A stretch of 63,659 bases of DNA, the filler included, from Barthelona sp. PAP020 (lineage: Eukaryota): the NCBI GenBank assembly GCA_040182905.1. It is 11 parts of 11 records of this genome, joined end to end, with 100 filler letters (N's around TTAATTAATTAA, not from the genome) between each part and the next. Parts side by side here need not be neighbours in the genome. Positions count along the whole stretch, not along the records: positions 1 to 5,778 come from JARQWU010000582.1; positions 5,879 to 11,652 come from JARQWU010000583.1; 9 more parts are not named here. One strand, written 5' to 3'. The position numbers and the translations under genes are program-made. Positions 1 through 11,545 of this stretch are shown piece after piece; position 1 is the stretch's first letter, and each line of letters starts with the position of its first letter. Under the pieces are notes generated by a model, which saw only the letters and a list, made by a program, of their open reading frames with translations, was not told where the DNA came from and did no database searches.

Positions 1-1
1 T

Positions 2-1423
2 TTGTGAGTATTCTTCATCATCAACAAAGGCATTCTTTTGAATTAAATGTGTGCAATTTTCTTTATGATTGTTCATTTCATCAATATCCAAGGAAACAAA
101 CCCACAGTAAGAGGGACAAAACATCTTTCCTTTCAACAAAGTCTCATAAAAAGAAAGTCTATTTTCAAAAGTCAATAAATTATCATAAATTTGAAAATTT
201 CTTGTTATTTCATCAATTGAAACAAAGTTTCCGCTGAAAAATGATAAATATTCTATGCTATCAACAAATTTTTCATATGGAGGAACCAGTATGTGAAAAC
301 ATAATCCATAAGGTTCATTACCCATTCTCATACCAGAAATGCATAAGGTGTTACGAGTCTTGATCATGAGATTGCAGAAGACAATTGTTAAATTCAACAA
401 AATTTCAAATACTTCTGACAAATTAATATCGATATCTTGCAGCTTTAACTGTTTATATTTGAATAGAATAATGTAGTGAAATTCATTCTTTTCAATTATA
501 ACGAAATCTCTCAAAACTCCTTTTCTCAAATCAATAAATTCTCGTACATTTTCTTCATGTGGTTCTCCTGTTTCATAAGGATGATTGTTCATCAATTCAA
601 CAACATCTTTGTTCAATTCACGACTTTCAAATAAAGGTAAATTCCAAATATTTTTGATATCGGATTCATTTTCATTTTCTTCAAAATTATCATTCATTTC
701 ATTGACTTCTTCCATGATTCCTTGATTGTAATGTCCAAAAATTCGTTCTTGAATTTCATCAGCCGACAAAAATGGATGTGCAAATTTGGTAAAATGATCC
801 GGATCGGTGCTTGAACAATCCATCTGATCAGGACAATCAGGCAAGCCAATATCATCATCTTCAAGATCCAACCCTTCCAATTCATCCAAATCAGATTCAT
901 CATCAAATTCATCGTCCATGTCAAATTCTGGGGGTTCTTCTTCAGATTCAGGCTCTTCCTTTTCATCAGAAATAAATGGTTTATTCTCAAATGCTTGTTG
1001 TTGTTGTTTTATGTACCTATCCTTTACACGTTGTTGTCTAGATGGTAAATTGGGAATGTTACTGCTTGTGGAAAAATCAAAAATGTCCAAATATTCAGAA
1101 TATGGTTTTTCAATTCTTATAGTGTATTCCATATCTTTAACTACAGATAATACTCCACCATCTTCCAAATCAATCCATCGATCTTTGGGGATTATCTTAT
1201 CTCTTAAAAATGAAGCGTTTGGTCCTCCTCGTTTGACCTTAAAAGACAATGGATTTTCAGTTATCTCAAAATATAACTGCTTTCTGGAGATGTGTTTGTT
1301 TGAAGATCCTAATATTTCACCTCTACCCAAAATAAATGTGGGTTCATTAATTACAATTTTTGAATTACATGGTTCAAATGTGCTCGATGTTCTTGTTAAT
1401 TCAATATAGCAAGAATTGGACAT
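2..1423 (-). CDS. Aprataxin/APLF-like protein: FHA + acidic tract + PBZ zinc finger + degenerate HIT domain + C-terminal zinc finger (3' end runs off the window)
   Basis: Hand-translated; open from ATG 1423 to the window edge, so absent from the ORF track. FHA of PNKP/APTX type: ILGRGEILGSSNKHISRKQL...VKRGGPNASF. PBZ C-x5-C-x6-H-x5-H: CPDQMDCSSTDPDHFTKFAH. Aprataxin-like segments: FVIIEKNEFHYIILF, GLCFHILV, YLSFFSGNFVSIDEI, LLKGKMFCPSYC...MNNHKENC. Confidence 0.75.
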   Translation of the reverse strand, partial: MSNSCYIELTRTSSTFEPCNSKIVINEPTFILGRGEILGSSNKHISRKQLYFEITENPLSFKVKRGGPNASFLRDKIIPKDRWIDLEDGGVLSVVKDMEYTIRIEKPYSEYLDIFDFSTSSNIPNLPSRQQRVKDRYIKQQQQAFENKPFISDEKEEPESEEEPPEFDMDDEFDDESDLDELEGLDLEDDDIGLPDCPDQMDCSSTDPDHFTKFAHPFLSADEIQERIFGHYNQGIMEEVNEMNDNFEENENESDIKNIWNLPLFESRELNKDVVELMNNHPYETGEPHEENVREFIDLRKGVLRDFVIIEKNEFHYIILFKYKQLKLQDIDINLSEVFEILLNLTIVFCNLMIKTRNTLCISGMRMGNEPYGLCFHILVPPYEKFVDSIEYLSFFSGNFVSIDEITRNFQIYDNLLTFENRLSFYETLLKGKMFCPSYCGFVSLDIDEMNNHKENCTHLIQKNAFVDDEEYSQ

Positions 1424-1484
1424 GAATTATTTTGTGAATAGGATAAAAATCAACAAGTAAAAGTTATTTTCATTAAATTTTTCT

Positions 1485-4400
1485 ATGATTGATCCTGTTG
1501 AAGATAATACCGATGATCCAAATAATAAGATTAAACGATTGGCAGCGAGATTCGGGGGATCATTGAGATTTTCTCCGAATCAAAGTAGAAGTGTTGAAAA
1601 TACTTCTCCTGGTTCCTTCACTGGTACCAATCCATATGGAAAGAACAATAAATTGAACAAATGGATGAAAGCAAAAGAAGATAATGATAAAAAGATGAAA
1701 TCACCTTCCCTCGCCTCCAGCTTACCAAGTGTTGAAGGTTCATACACAAAAAAGCCTATGAATCTTGAAGCTAAGGCTGGTTTTAAAGATAGTGATAAAG
1801 AGCAATCAAATAATGAAGTCAAATTGAAAAAGAAAATTGAATTGAAAGAAGATAGCAGTAATATGATTAAAAATGACGTAAATTCAGATATCGTAACGAC
1901 TGAAGCATTCGATAATGTTGTTTCAGATGATAATGAAAGGACTTTTGATCAAATAGAGAATATTACAGATGATATTAAATGTACAAACACTGATGAAAAT
2001 ATGGAATCTTCTCAAAATTGTGATAATAATGAAATTGATGATAAAGGTACTATATTTACTGACAATATAAAAAGGGAATCGACATTAAGTTTCAATTTGG
2101 CCACATGTACAGATATTGACCAAGCTAATTTTCCAATAAAATCAACAGTTACTCCTCAAAAAATCGTCACACATTCAGATGAAGTTAGCCTGGATTCTCT
2201 AATGGAAATTGATGATTTTTCGGATAGTGAACCTGAGATGCCAGTTGTTACAACAAATGCCAAAGATTTAATGGAAATTCCTGAATTTCACAATTTGTTT
2301 ATGGAACAAGAAAAAGAACAGTTAATTTTTGCCTATTTAGATTTGCAAACATCTTTGGAGTTTTTATTAGGTCTTCATTTACCAATAGCACATCCTAAAC
2401 AACCTGATCTAGCAGCTTTTCATGTGTTTTGTCATAATTTATATTTAAAGCATGTTGAAAACAGATTAAATTGTCCAAGAATACCAAAATATCAATTGGA
2501 TATTGATCAAAAACCAGATAACTTTCCTGAATCTATATTTCTAAAAGTGTTCTTTGAAAATAAAAGCAAATCGCTCACTGTTAAATTGACTGAAACGTTT
2601 AATGAAGTCTTTGAGAGATTTAAGAAATATTTAGACATGAATCATTTCTTTAGGTCAGATGATATGAGGGCAAAATTTGTGAATTTCAATTATGTTTTTA
2701 AAATGTCTGGAGAAAGAGTTTATTATGGTTTTGATGTACCATTATTTAAAATTAAAAATGTTTATCACACGATTAATGACCTGTTGGAAAATCAATTTAT
2801 ATTCATTGATGTTAATTTGGTTAATTTGAAAGATTTGAATTTAAAAGAACTTAAATATTTGTATAATGAGGATCTTATTCATCCAGAATCTTTGTTTTAT
2901 AAGGAGCTAAGAGAATTGGATTTTGTTCACAATGATGATTCAAAAGATAGTGATCAAAGAATGGAAGAATTATCTGACATTAATTTTAATGTGTTAATTG
3001 ATGATTTAGATCTATTGACTGAAGAAGAAAAGAAGTTGCTGCAGAAGAAAATAAAACTTGAAGAGTTAGAAATTCTTAAAACACCACCATATCAGATTTC
3101 CAAAGACGATTTACCAAAATTACCCATATTCAAAACCTATAGTCATCAATTCAAAACATTTACAAGTAAAATTAATCCCATAGAACATTTTCAATACAGT
3201 CAAAACTATGTTTTGAAAAAATTGTATGAGGAATGTGACCAACCTTTTGATAAATTGTATACAAGTTCAAGTACTGTTGAAACTAATTTTAAATTTCGAA
3301 TTTTAGGTTTAGAGAGTTCTGAAATATCGCCTTTAGTCAATAAATTTCGGGGAGCATCATTTGATGATAACACACCTTTGTCTTCAGCAAATGAATTGGT
3401 TTCTATTGTTAGATGTACATTGTATCATGGTTTTCAAAGATTGGCTACTTCCGCTTATTCAGATCCAAAGCATGTGATTGGATCAAACATCAGATATCCA
3501 ATGATTTCAGGACAATACATTGAATTTGATTTAAACATTTCCAGACTTCCCCCTGGCGCCTCTTTATTATTTCATGTATTTTACATTCATTCCAAATACA
3601 TTGATATTACAAAAGATATTAAAGATGAATGTGTTAGAATTATAAATGATTTTGATGAGTACATAGTTCAAGAAAGAAACGTTCGATTGCCTAATAAGCC
3701 TCCTCCTCAACCAAAACCATTGTATCAAAATTATTGTGTTTGTGGTGGAAGTGTTCATATTCCTGTTTTTGATGTGTTTGGACGTTTAGGTTCTGGAATT
3801 GAACAGCATTTGGTGTGGACTGATGTTTTTATGGCAACAGATGGTTTGTTAGAATCACCAGAGCAATCTCCATGTTCACTTATTATCGAATATCCAAAAT
3901 ATACAATTCCAATCATGTATCACAGAGATCCTCTCTTTGTATTACGAGATAAACTAAGATATTGGGTTGAAGTTGTTAAAACTAAAGAGAGACTTTCAAT
4001 GGTTATTCATGAACGTACTTTTTCAAACCCTTTACATGCAGTGAAAGCTTTAAAAGGACTAAAATCACCAAGAAGAATCGAACCTTCTGTTATAGAAGCT
4101 GATAAACGAGATAAGACTACAATGGAATTGGTTGATATTTTGAATCCACATCTAGCCGAAAAAGACAGGGATGATCCAGAAGTTTCCCAACTGTACTATC
4201 GTATTCGTAAAGCAGAGGGTGAATCATTGAAAACACCTATTCCGTCAGATATGGAAATTGCCACAATTGAGTCTTTGATTAAAATGGATCCATTATATGA
4301 ACCTGATGCGGAAGATTCCTCCTTATTGTGGAAATTTAGAAGACATTCCATGATTCTGGACAATCCACAGGCTTTACCCATTTTTTTCAAAAGTTTAACA

Positions 4401-5778
4401 TATTCGGATCCAGTTATGGTTGATGAGGCACATGAACTTTTGAAATTATGGAAAAAACCTGAATTTGACGTAACTATTGGTTTATTGGATCGATCATTTG
4501 CAGACCCTGTTTTGAGATGTTATGCAGTAGATAATTTAAAAGAATTAGATAATGATGAATTGTCTTTGTATCTTTTACAATTGTTTCAAGCTTTATCTTA
4601 TGAACCCCATTTGGTCTCTCCGTTATCTTTCTTTTTATTCGAAAAAGCTATATATAATCCAATCACTATTGGTATTCCACTCTTTTGGCATTTAAGAGCT
4701 GAATTGCATGTTCCAGGAAAAGGCTGGAGATTTGGACATATTATGGAAGCATTTTTAAGATATATTGGAAATTACAGAGATGTAATATGGCAACAAGTTA
4801 TTGTTGTTGAAAAGTTATCTGGTGTTGCTGAATTTGTTAAAAGTTTAAATGATGATAATCGCCAATCTGGCTTAAGAGATGCGTTATCACAATTGAATCT
4901 TCCAAAACCTTCATTTTCTTTTCCTTTGAATCCTAGTTGGGAGGTTACAGATCTAAGGGTTGAAAAATGCAAAGTGATGTCCAGTAAAAAGAAACCTCTT
5001 TGGTTAATTTTTGAAAATGCAGATAATATTATAAAAAATGAATCAGACATTTATGTAATGTTTAAAAGAGGTGATGATGTCAGACAAGATATGTTAACTT
5101 TGCAAGTTTTGCAGATCTTTGATACTTTATGGAAGAAATCCAACTTAAATTTTAACTTGACCACATATAATTGTATCTGTACAGCTGAAATGGAAGGTAT
5201 GCTTGAAATTGTTACAAATGCAGATACAGTTTGTAATATCACTCGGAAAAGTGGTGGAGCAACAGCAGCTTTTAGTGATACACCATTACATGATTTCATT
5301 AAAGAACACAATCGTTTGCCAAGCAGTTATGAAAATGCAATCAAAAATTTTACATTAAGTGTTGCTGGTTACAGTGTGGCAACATATGTTTTAGGTATTG
5401 GTGATAGACACAATGATAATTACATGTTGCACAAGGACGGTAGATTATTTCACATTGATTTTGGTCATTTTTTGGGAAATGTGAAATATTGGAAAGGAAT
5501 TAAGAGAGAAAGAGGACCATTTGTTTTGACTGGTGCAATGGTTCATGCAATGGGTGGAGCAAATAGTGAAAACTTTAAATATTTCAGAAAATTATGTTGT
5601 GAAGCCTATAACGTTCTTCGAAAACATACTAAATTAATTGTCAATTTGTTTTTGTTAATGTTACCAAGTAAAATGCCTGAACTAGTGTATCGGGACAATA
5701 TTCAGTGGATAGTAAACGCCCTTTCTTTAGAATTAAGTGATGAAGAGGCTGAAGATAAATTTAATGAACTTATAGATG
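1485..5778 (+). CDS. Class I-like phosphatidylinositol 3-kinase catalytic subunit (3' truncated at linker)
   Basis: MSSKKKPLWL, FKRGDDVRQDMLTLQ, LGIGDRHNDN, LFHIDFGHFLGN, KRERGPF; helical domain FADPVLRCYAV and LFWHLRAE; upstream C2- and RBD-like regions. Confidence 0.95.
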
Positions 5779-5878
5779 NNNNNNNNNNNNNNNNNNNNNN
5801 NNNNNNNNNNNNNNNNNNNNNNTTAATTAATTAANNNNNNNNNNNNNNNNNNNNNNNNNNNNNNNNNNNNNNNNNNNN
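5779..5878. other. Artificial contig linker (N44-TTAATTAATTAA-N44)
   Basis: Six-frame-stop spacer flanked by Ns; identical at all 10 junctions. Confidence 0.99.
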
Positions 5879-5892
5879 GATTGATCAGATAA

Positions 5893-7671
5893 TCACATTT
5901 TACCAAACAAGGAGTTGCAAAATTGTTTCATTTCATTGCTTATGGATAAGTTGTGGGAATTTTGTTGTGACAGTAAATTGGGGGATTCATTGAACTCAGC
6001 CTTGATGTAAGGATAAGATTCTTCATATAAATTGAGTAGTATGTTAAAATCAATGAAGGAGAACAGGAGCTGGAGTAATTCAAGATCGTTGTTGGTTATG
6101 AGGTAAAAAATCAAGTTTTTGTCATCGAAGTAGAAATATTGAACCATGACGTTGATGACTTCGGTATAATCCAATTCGATCAATGTGTGTAGCTGTTCAA
6201 TATTTGATGTGAAAAGGAAGAAATGTGTCTGAAACTCTTTGTCTTTAAACACACTTTCCTTAAAATCTTTCGATTTTCCAAAGTTTTTATGTAAATAACT
6301 GAAAATGTCCATTTTATTGTTGATTAGACAGTTTCTCATTGCTTTAACGCCATGATTCAAAATGTATGCCCTAAATTCTTGCATGTCCTGTTTCTGAACA
6401 TCTTTGATATTCTCCACGTAATCAGAATAGAAAGTTTCTGGGATTAGATCATCCTTCAAATGTTTGAAGAAATATTTGACAACATTGAGGTCAAAGCTAA
6501 CGACAAGTTCCAATAAACCCATGTCGGTTTCCTCATCAACGATGTCTGATGGAATGAAAGCCTTATCCAACAGTATTTTCAACATTTCAAAGCTATTTGT
6601 GTTGAAGACACAATTCCACTGTTCTGCCTGGATGTTGCAATTGTCAATTAAATATTCAACCAGAAAAGTGTCATCTGTGGCAACTGCTGCAGATAGCAGG
6701 TCCAGATCTCCTATCCCAATTAAAAACAATGCTTTCAAAATATTATTGGAAAGAGCCAAAGTTGACAAATTTATCAATTGATTCAAATCAATTGGAAAGA
6801 ACAGAGGTGGAAACAGGGAATAATTGTTCACCAGTTCAAATACCATGCTTTCAGACGGTTGTAACATGTATGGATGTGTCAAGTACGATGGAAGGCAACA
6901 CATATTGATTTTGCATGTGGAGAGTAGGAATTTGTGGAATCTTGTGTTCGCGGCCAGGTCATCTGGATAGTACAATTTTGCACCCATATTTTGAAAAAGA
7001 CTACTACAATTTATGTTATTGACAACAACTTTCAAATTTGGAAATGTTTCATTCGAAAAAAAGACATTTGGAAATACCGATCCAGTCACATTGATATACT
7101 CAACTGATATGCAATGGTACGGACATGAGTCCATTGTCAAATTGCAATTCAACAAATTCAGACCCCTCAAATTGGGAAAGTGCTGAATCTTACGTAAAAC
7201 TCTCCCAAATTTGGTCCCTGACACATCCAAGAAATTCAAAGTGTTTTCAAAATTCAATATAAACCGCTGGAGAACGTCATCTCGAAGTTTTACGCCTCTC
7301 ATAATCAATACCTCAATTGGTTCATCCCACATAACCTCCTCCAAATATCTGAACGCTCTTTTGTGAAACTTTGAAAATGACAAATCCAAGACCTTCAAAT
7401 TCAGCGACAAATTCAACGACAAACTGCTGTTGAGCTCCACATTCACAAGTCTAAGCGATGAATACTCGCTGTTCAACTCTGTTATAAAGCCATCCTGGCC
7501 AAACAAATGCTCTTTTCGCAGCACATATGAGATTCTGTCTTTCTTTTCAATTACATCGTGCAGTTCGCCATAAATTGGTTCATCAACATCATGCTCCTGA
7601 AAAAATCGAGTGAATATCTCGTGGAGGCAATTCTTTGACAACAAAGAGTTCATTTGATTTTTGCTCCACAT
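5893..7671 (-). CDS. LRR + degenerate ankyrin-like repeat protein
   Basis: LRR units LKVLDLSFSKF, IEVLIMRGVKL, LNFLDVSGTKF, LRGLNLLNCNL; ankyrin-like helices LLSAAVATDDTFLVEYLI, CLINNKMDIFSYL, LITNNDLELLQLL. Confidence 0.6.
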   Translation of the reverse strand: MWSKNQMNSLLSKNCLHEIFTRFFQEHDVDEPIYGELHDVIEKKDRISYVLRKEHLFGQDGFITELNSEYSSLRLVNVELNSSLSLNLSLNLKVLDLSFSKFHKRAFRYLEEVMWDEPIEVLIMRGVKLRDDVLQRFILNFENTLNFLDVSGTKFGRVLRKIQHFPNLRGLNLLNCNLTMDSCPYHCISVEYINVTGSVFPNVFFSNETFPNLKVVVNNINCSSLFQNMGAKLYYPDDLAANTRFHKFLLSTCKINMCCLPSYLTHPYMLQPSESMVFELVNNYSLFPPLFFPIDLNQLINLSTLALSNNILKALFLIGIGDLDLLSAAVATDDTFLVEYLIDNCNIQAEQWNCVFNTNSFEMLKILLDKAFIPSDIVDEETDMGLLELVVSFDLNVVKYFFKHLKDDLIPETFYSDYVENIKDVQKQDMQEFRAYILNHGVKAMRNCLINNKMDIFSYLHKNFGKSKDFKESVFKDKEFQTHFFLFTSNIEQLHTLIELDYTEVINVMVQYFYFDDKNLIFYLITNNDLELLQLLFSFIDFNILLNLYEESYPYIKAEFNESPNLLSQQNSHNLSISNEMKQFCNSLFGKM

Positions 7672-7825
7672 CCTTTATTACTAGACAAGGATTCCCAATA
7701 TTTGTGTAAAACAGCAATCATAACACAAGTGATGCAATAATTCGTCAGCTAATTTGCCGGCAGTTTGTGCATTGGTCTTTCAATTTTCATCTTTTTTTAT
7801 TGCACACATTGTGGTCATTTTTGGT

Positions 7826-10800
7826 ATGTTTATTAAAAGTATAACAATAAGAGGCTTTCGATCTTTCAAAGATGAGACAATCATTCCCGATTTGGACCGA
7901 GGACTGAATGTAATTGTTGGGACAAATGGATCCGGAAAATCCAATGTATTTTTTGCCTTGAGGTTTATCTTTTCACCAGACATGAAGAAGATATCAGTTG
8001 AGGAGCGAAAAGATCTGATTCACGATTCACACATTGAAAAGACTTTATCTGCATCTGTTACTGTTGTTCTTGGTACAACGGACAGTGAAAATGATGGTAA
8101 AGACATTGAAATAAAAAGAAGTATGGGATTGAAGAAAGACGAATACATTTACAATCAAACTAAGATCGATTTCGACACTCTACTTTTCAATTTAAAGTTG
8201 CAAAACGTGCTCAACAACCAGTTTATCGTTAAACAGGATGAGATTAATCGTATTGGAAACATGAATGGAAAGGAGCGATTTGACCTGGTGAAGAATCTTG
8301 CAGGGCTGAAAATTTTCGACGAAAAAAAGGCAGAGGCGATGGACAAGATCAAGAAGAATGAACTGCGAATTGACAAGATAAATCAGCAGCTGGAATCGAT
8401 GGAGGATGATTTGAAGGGTTTAGAGAAGGAAAAGAAGTACTACGAGGAGTATAAGGAGCTGAAGAGCAAGAAGAATCACATTGAAAAAATTCTGCTGAAC
8501 AGAAGAAACGAGGAGGTGCAAGAGAAGCTGATAAATATCGAGATCAAACAGAAAAATGAAACTGAAAGGCTGAATGTTGATCATGTTGAATTGATGGAGA
8601 GAAAGAACGAATTGAGAGACCTGGAGTTGGAGATTGAAACTCTGGAGCAGGGACAACTGGATCTGAAGCAGCAAGAAGAAAACTTGCTGAAAGAGTTGAG
8701 TGAGGTGATCAATGAGAAGAGTGAGCAGACTCACAACATCAACATTCTTACGCACAACAAGAAAAACCGAAAGAAAGACTATGGAGAGTTAAAATCACAG
8801 GAAGATGAGCTTTTAAGTAAATGCAAAGGCGATAGCGACTCCCTAGAAATTGCCAAAAGCAAATTGGAGGTAAATCAGAGAGAAAATTCTGAGTTAAACA
8901 CTGAATTAAATGAGATTGAGGATCGCTTGAAGAATTTATATACCAGAATTGCGTTTGCCGAGCAATACGAGAACATGGAGGAAAGAGATGAAATTCTGAA
9001 TCAGAAGATTGGTGAATTGAGAGTTGAGGGTCATAAATTAAAACGAAAGATTAATGAGATTAACGAGGAAATCACCATGCTAGATCAAGACAAGCTGCAT
9101 GCGGAAAATGAATTGAATGAAAACGTCCAGGTAAAAGAAGAAATCAGCACAAAACTAATGACGGTAAAACAGCAAATGAACAAGAATGATTTGTTGTTGA
9201 AAGAAAACACACATAAATTCAAAGAGATATCCAACAGAAAGCAAAAAGTTGAGTTTGAGTTGCAAAAGCCAACAAAGCATTTGAAAAAGTTGGAAGAAAA
9301 ACTGCTAAAAACTTTGAATTCAAATTTGAGAAAGGGATATTTGTTGGTCAAAAAGCTCGTGTATGAAAATTCTATACCAGGTGTTTTGGGTCCTTTGTTT
9401 GAGTTATTTGAACCAAACAGTGATGAACTTAATATTGCAATTGACGTAATCGCTCAAAATCAACTGTTTCACATCGTCATTGAGGATGACAGTATTTTGG
9501 ATGAGTTGATTCCTCTTTTGAAGAACGAGGATGTCAGAATATCATTCATTCCATTAAATCAGCTGAGGAATCATGATGACACTGACAAAAAGAAATTCAA
9601 AGGATCTACTGAAGAAGCTATACCACTTATTGATTGTTTGAACTTTGACAAGAAAATTCAAGCAGCCATGGAGCAAATTTTTGGAAATGTCTTACTTGTG
9701 CGACACATTGACATTGCTACAGAGATAATCAATCATTACAGTTATGATTGTGTCACGATTCAAGGAGACAGAATAAACAAGAATGGAGAATTGAGGGGTG
9801 GATACATTGATTTTTCCAACAACAGAATGAGCATTATCCAAGACATCAAATCTGAGAAGAAGGAATCAAATAGAATAAAGAAAGCGTATCAGCGAATTGA
9901 AAATGAGTATTTTGAAATTGAAAATGATTATATCAATTCTTTGAATGCGTTCAATGACGTGCAAAACAGGTACGCGTCTTTGGAAAAGCAATTGAATGAT
10001 TTGGAAAAGAACATTCTCGCAAAAGAGGACTATTTTGCGTCGATACACGAGTCTATCAAGAACTACCAATCAACCAAAAATGATTTTGAGGAGAAATCCT
10101 TATCACTCAAGAGAATATTGAATAACTACCAGTCGCTTTTGGGAAAAGAATTGGAAGATGTGTTTACAAATGAGGAGAGAATTGAAATTGAGAATTTAAA
10201 GAGTAAAAAGAGCAAAATAAACAACAAACTCATCAACCTTTCTCTATTAATCAATGAGAATATTCTTCTGATCGACAAGCTGGAGATGAATCTCAGTGTA
10301 AATCAAAATAACCTGAGAATTTGCCAAAACTCATTGAAACAAGACTATTCCATCGATTTAATTGAAGAAAAGGAAGTGAATTTGAATTCTCTGCTGTCCA
10401 TCATTGAAAACAGAGAAACCAACGTCAGAAACCAATTGAATGATTTGAGAAACAACAAAACCGACACAATCAACAGATTAAACGAAATTGATGCAATCAA
10501 ATCAAATCTGGAGATTACCATCACTGATCTTGAATCCAACTACGAGAATAACCAGTCAAAGTTGGATCTGATTTTGGATGAAAGAGCATCTCTGTTAAAC
10601 GAGGAGATTGAGTTGAACAAGTCAATCCGTCATCTTCCCGCCATATTTTCAACTGAAGATGAGGAGAAGGATTTGGAGAAAAAGAACAAAACGTATTTGG
10701 AGAAAGAATTGAATAAATTGAATCGTAATATTGAGCATTCTGAAATGAACAAAGTAAATTTAAGAGCCATTCAACAGTATGCTCATTATATTGATGAGAC

Positions 10801-11545
10801 TGACAGATTGACAAAAACACTCACAACTCTGCAATCCAGTTATTCAGAGCTGATGGAATTCATTCAAGATGTTGAAAACCAAAGATTGAACAGTTTTGAA
10901 AGAACATTCTTGATGGTCAAGCTGTGTTTCCAGTGTATTTTCAGACAATTGGTTCCAAATGGCATCAGCAATTTTGTCCTACAGTACGATGAATCCGTAT
11001 CCAATAGCAGTGTTTCAGACTCACAAATTCATCCATTGGAACAATCACAAACTCCCGCACCAACTTCCTTTGATGGCAACATTGAGATCATTGTCAGTTT
11101 CCCTAATGACAGAGCCAACAGCAATTTTACTGCCTTGTCAGGTGGGCAAAAGGGAATTGTATCTGTTGCATTGATTTTAGCCATGCAAAGATGCGTCACC
11201 GCTCCATTCTATTGCTTTGATGAAGTTGATGCGCATTTAGATTCTTGGTATCGTGACAATGTTGCTCTTTTATTGAAGAAATTCAGTGTTGGGCAGTTTT
11301 CAATCATCGACAATTTAAATGAGGATGAGAGATTGGAAATGAAAGATTTTTATCAGCTGAATGGCGACACTTATCCCATTTCATTCAACCAAATCCCAAC
11401 CCAATTTATTGTTTCCACTTTCAGAAATCAGTTCGTTCAACATGCTTCCAGGTGTTATCTTGTATCATATCATCCCGCCAAAAAGATTTCAAATATTCGC
11501 ATTTGCTCACAAGAAGAAGCAGAGAATATCATCATTAACGGCTAG
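7826..11545 (+). CDS. SMC3: Cohesin subunit SMC3
   Basis: Start MFIKSITIRGFRSFK; Walker A GTNGSGKSN; acetylation-site motif MGLKKDEY; hinge region; LSGGQK; APFYCFDEVDAHLD; TQFIVSTFR. Confidence 0.92.
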   Translation: MFIKSITIRGFRSFKDETIIPDLDRGLNVIVGTNGSGKSNVFFALRFIFSPDMKKISVEERKDLIHDSHIEKTLSASVTVVLGTTDSENDGKDIEIKRSMGLKKDEYIYNQTKIDFDTLLFNLKLQNVLNNQFIVKQDEINRIGNMNGKERFDLVKNLAGLKIFDEKKAEAMDKIKKNELRIDKINQQLESMEDDLKGLEKEKKYYEEYKELKSKKNHIEKILLNRRNEEVQEKLINIEIKQKNETERLNVDHVELMERKNELRDLELEIETLEQGQLDLKQQEENLLKELSEVINEKSEQTHNINILTHNKKNRKKDYGELKSQEDELLSKCKGDSDSLEIAKSKLEVNQRENSELNTELNEIEDRLKNLYTRIAFAEQYENMEERDEILNQKIGELRVEGHKLKRKINEINEEITMLDQDKLHAENELNENVQVKEEISTKLMTVKQQMNKNDLLLKENTHKFKEISNRKQKVEFELQKPTKHLKKLEEKLLKTLNSNLRKGYLLVKKLVYENSIPGVLGPLFELFEPNSDELNIAIDVIAQNQLFHIVIEDDSILDELIPLLKNEDVRISFIPLNQLRNHDDTDKKKFKGSTEEAIPLIDCLNFDKKIQAAMEQIFGNVLLVRHIDIATEIINHYSYDCVTIQGDRINKNGELRGGYIDFSNNRMSIIQDIKSEKKESNRIKKAYQRIENEYFEIENDYINSLNAFNDVQNRYASLEKQLNDLEKNILAKEDYFASIHESIKNYQSTKNDFEEKSLSLKRILNNYQSLLGKELEDVFTNEERIEIENLKSKKSKINNKLINLSLLINENILLIDKLEMNLSVNQNNLRICQNSLKQDYSIDLIEEKEVNLNSLLSIIENRETNVRNQLNDLRNNKTDTINRLNEIDAIKSNLEITITDLESNYENNQSKLDLILDERASLLNEEIELNKSIRHLPAIFSTEDEEKDLEKKNKTYLEKELNKLNRNIEHSEMNKVNLRAIQQYAHYIDETDRLTKTLTTLQSSYSELMEFIQDVENQRLNSFERTFLMVKLCFQCIFRQLVPNGISNFVLQYDESVSNSSVSDSQIHPLEQSQTPAPTSFDGNIEIIVSFPNDRANSNFTALSGGQKGIVSVALILAMQRCVTAPFYCFDEVDAHLDSWYRDNVALLLKKFSVGQFSIIDNLNEDERLEMKDFYQLNGDTYPISFNQIPTQFIVSTFRNQFVQHASRCYLVSYHPAKKISNIRICSQEEAENIIING

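Noticed and set aside
918..1409. Plus-strand 163-aa ORF and the many short ORFs overlapping long genes
   Set aside because: Antisense or off-frame shadows of real CDSs, with no recognisable motifs.
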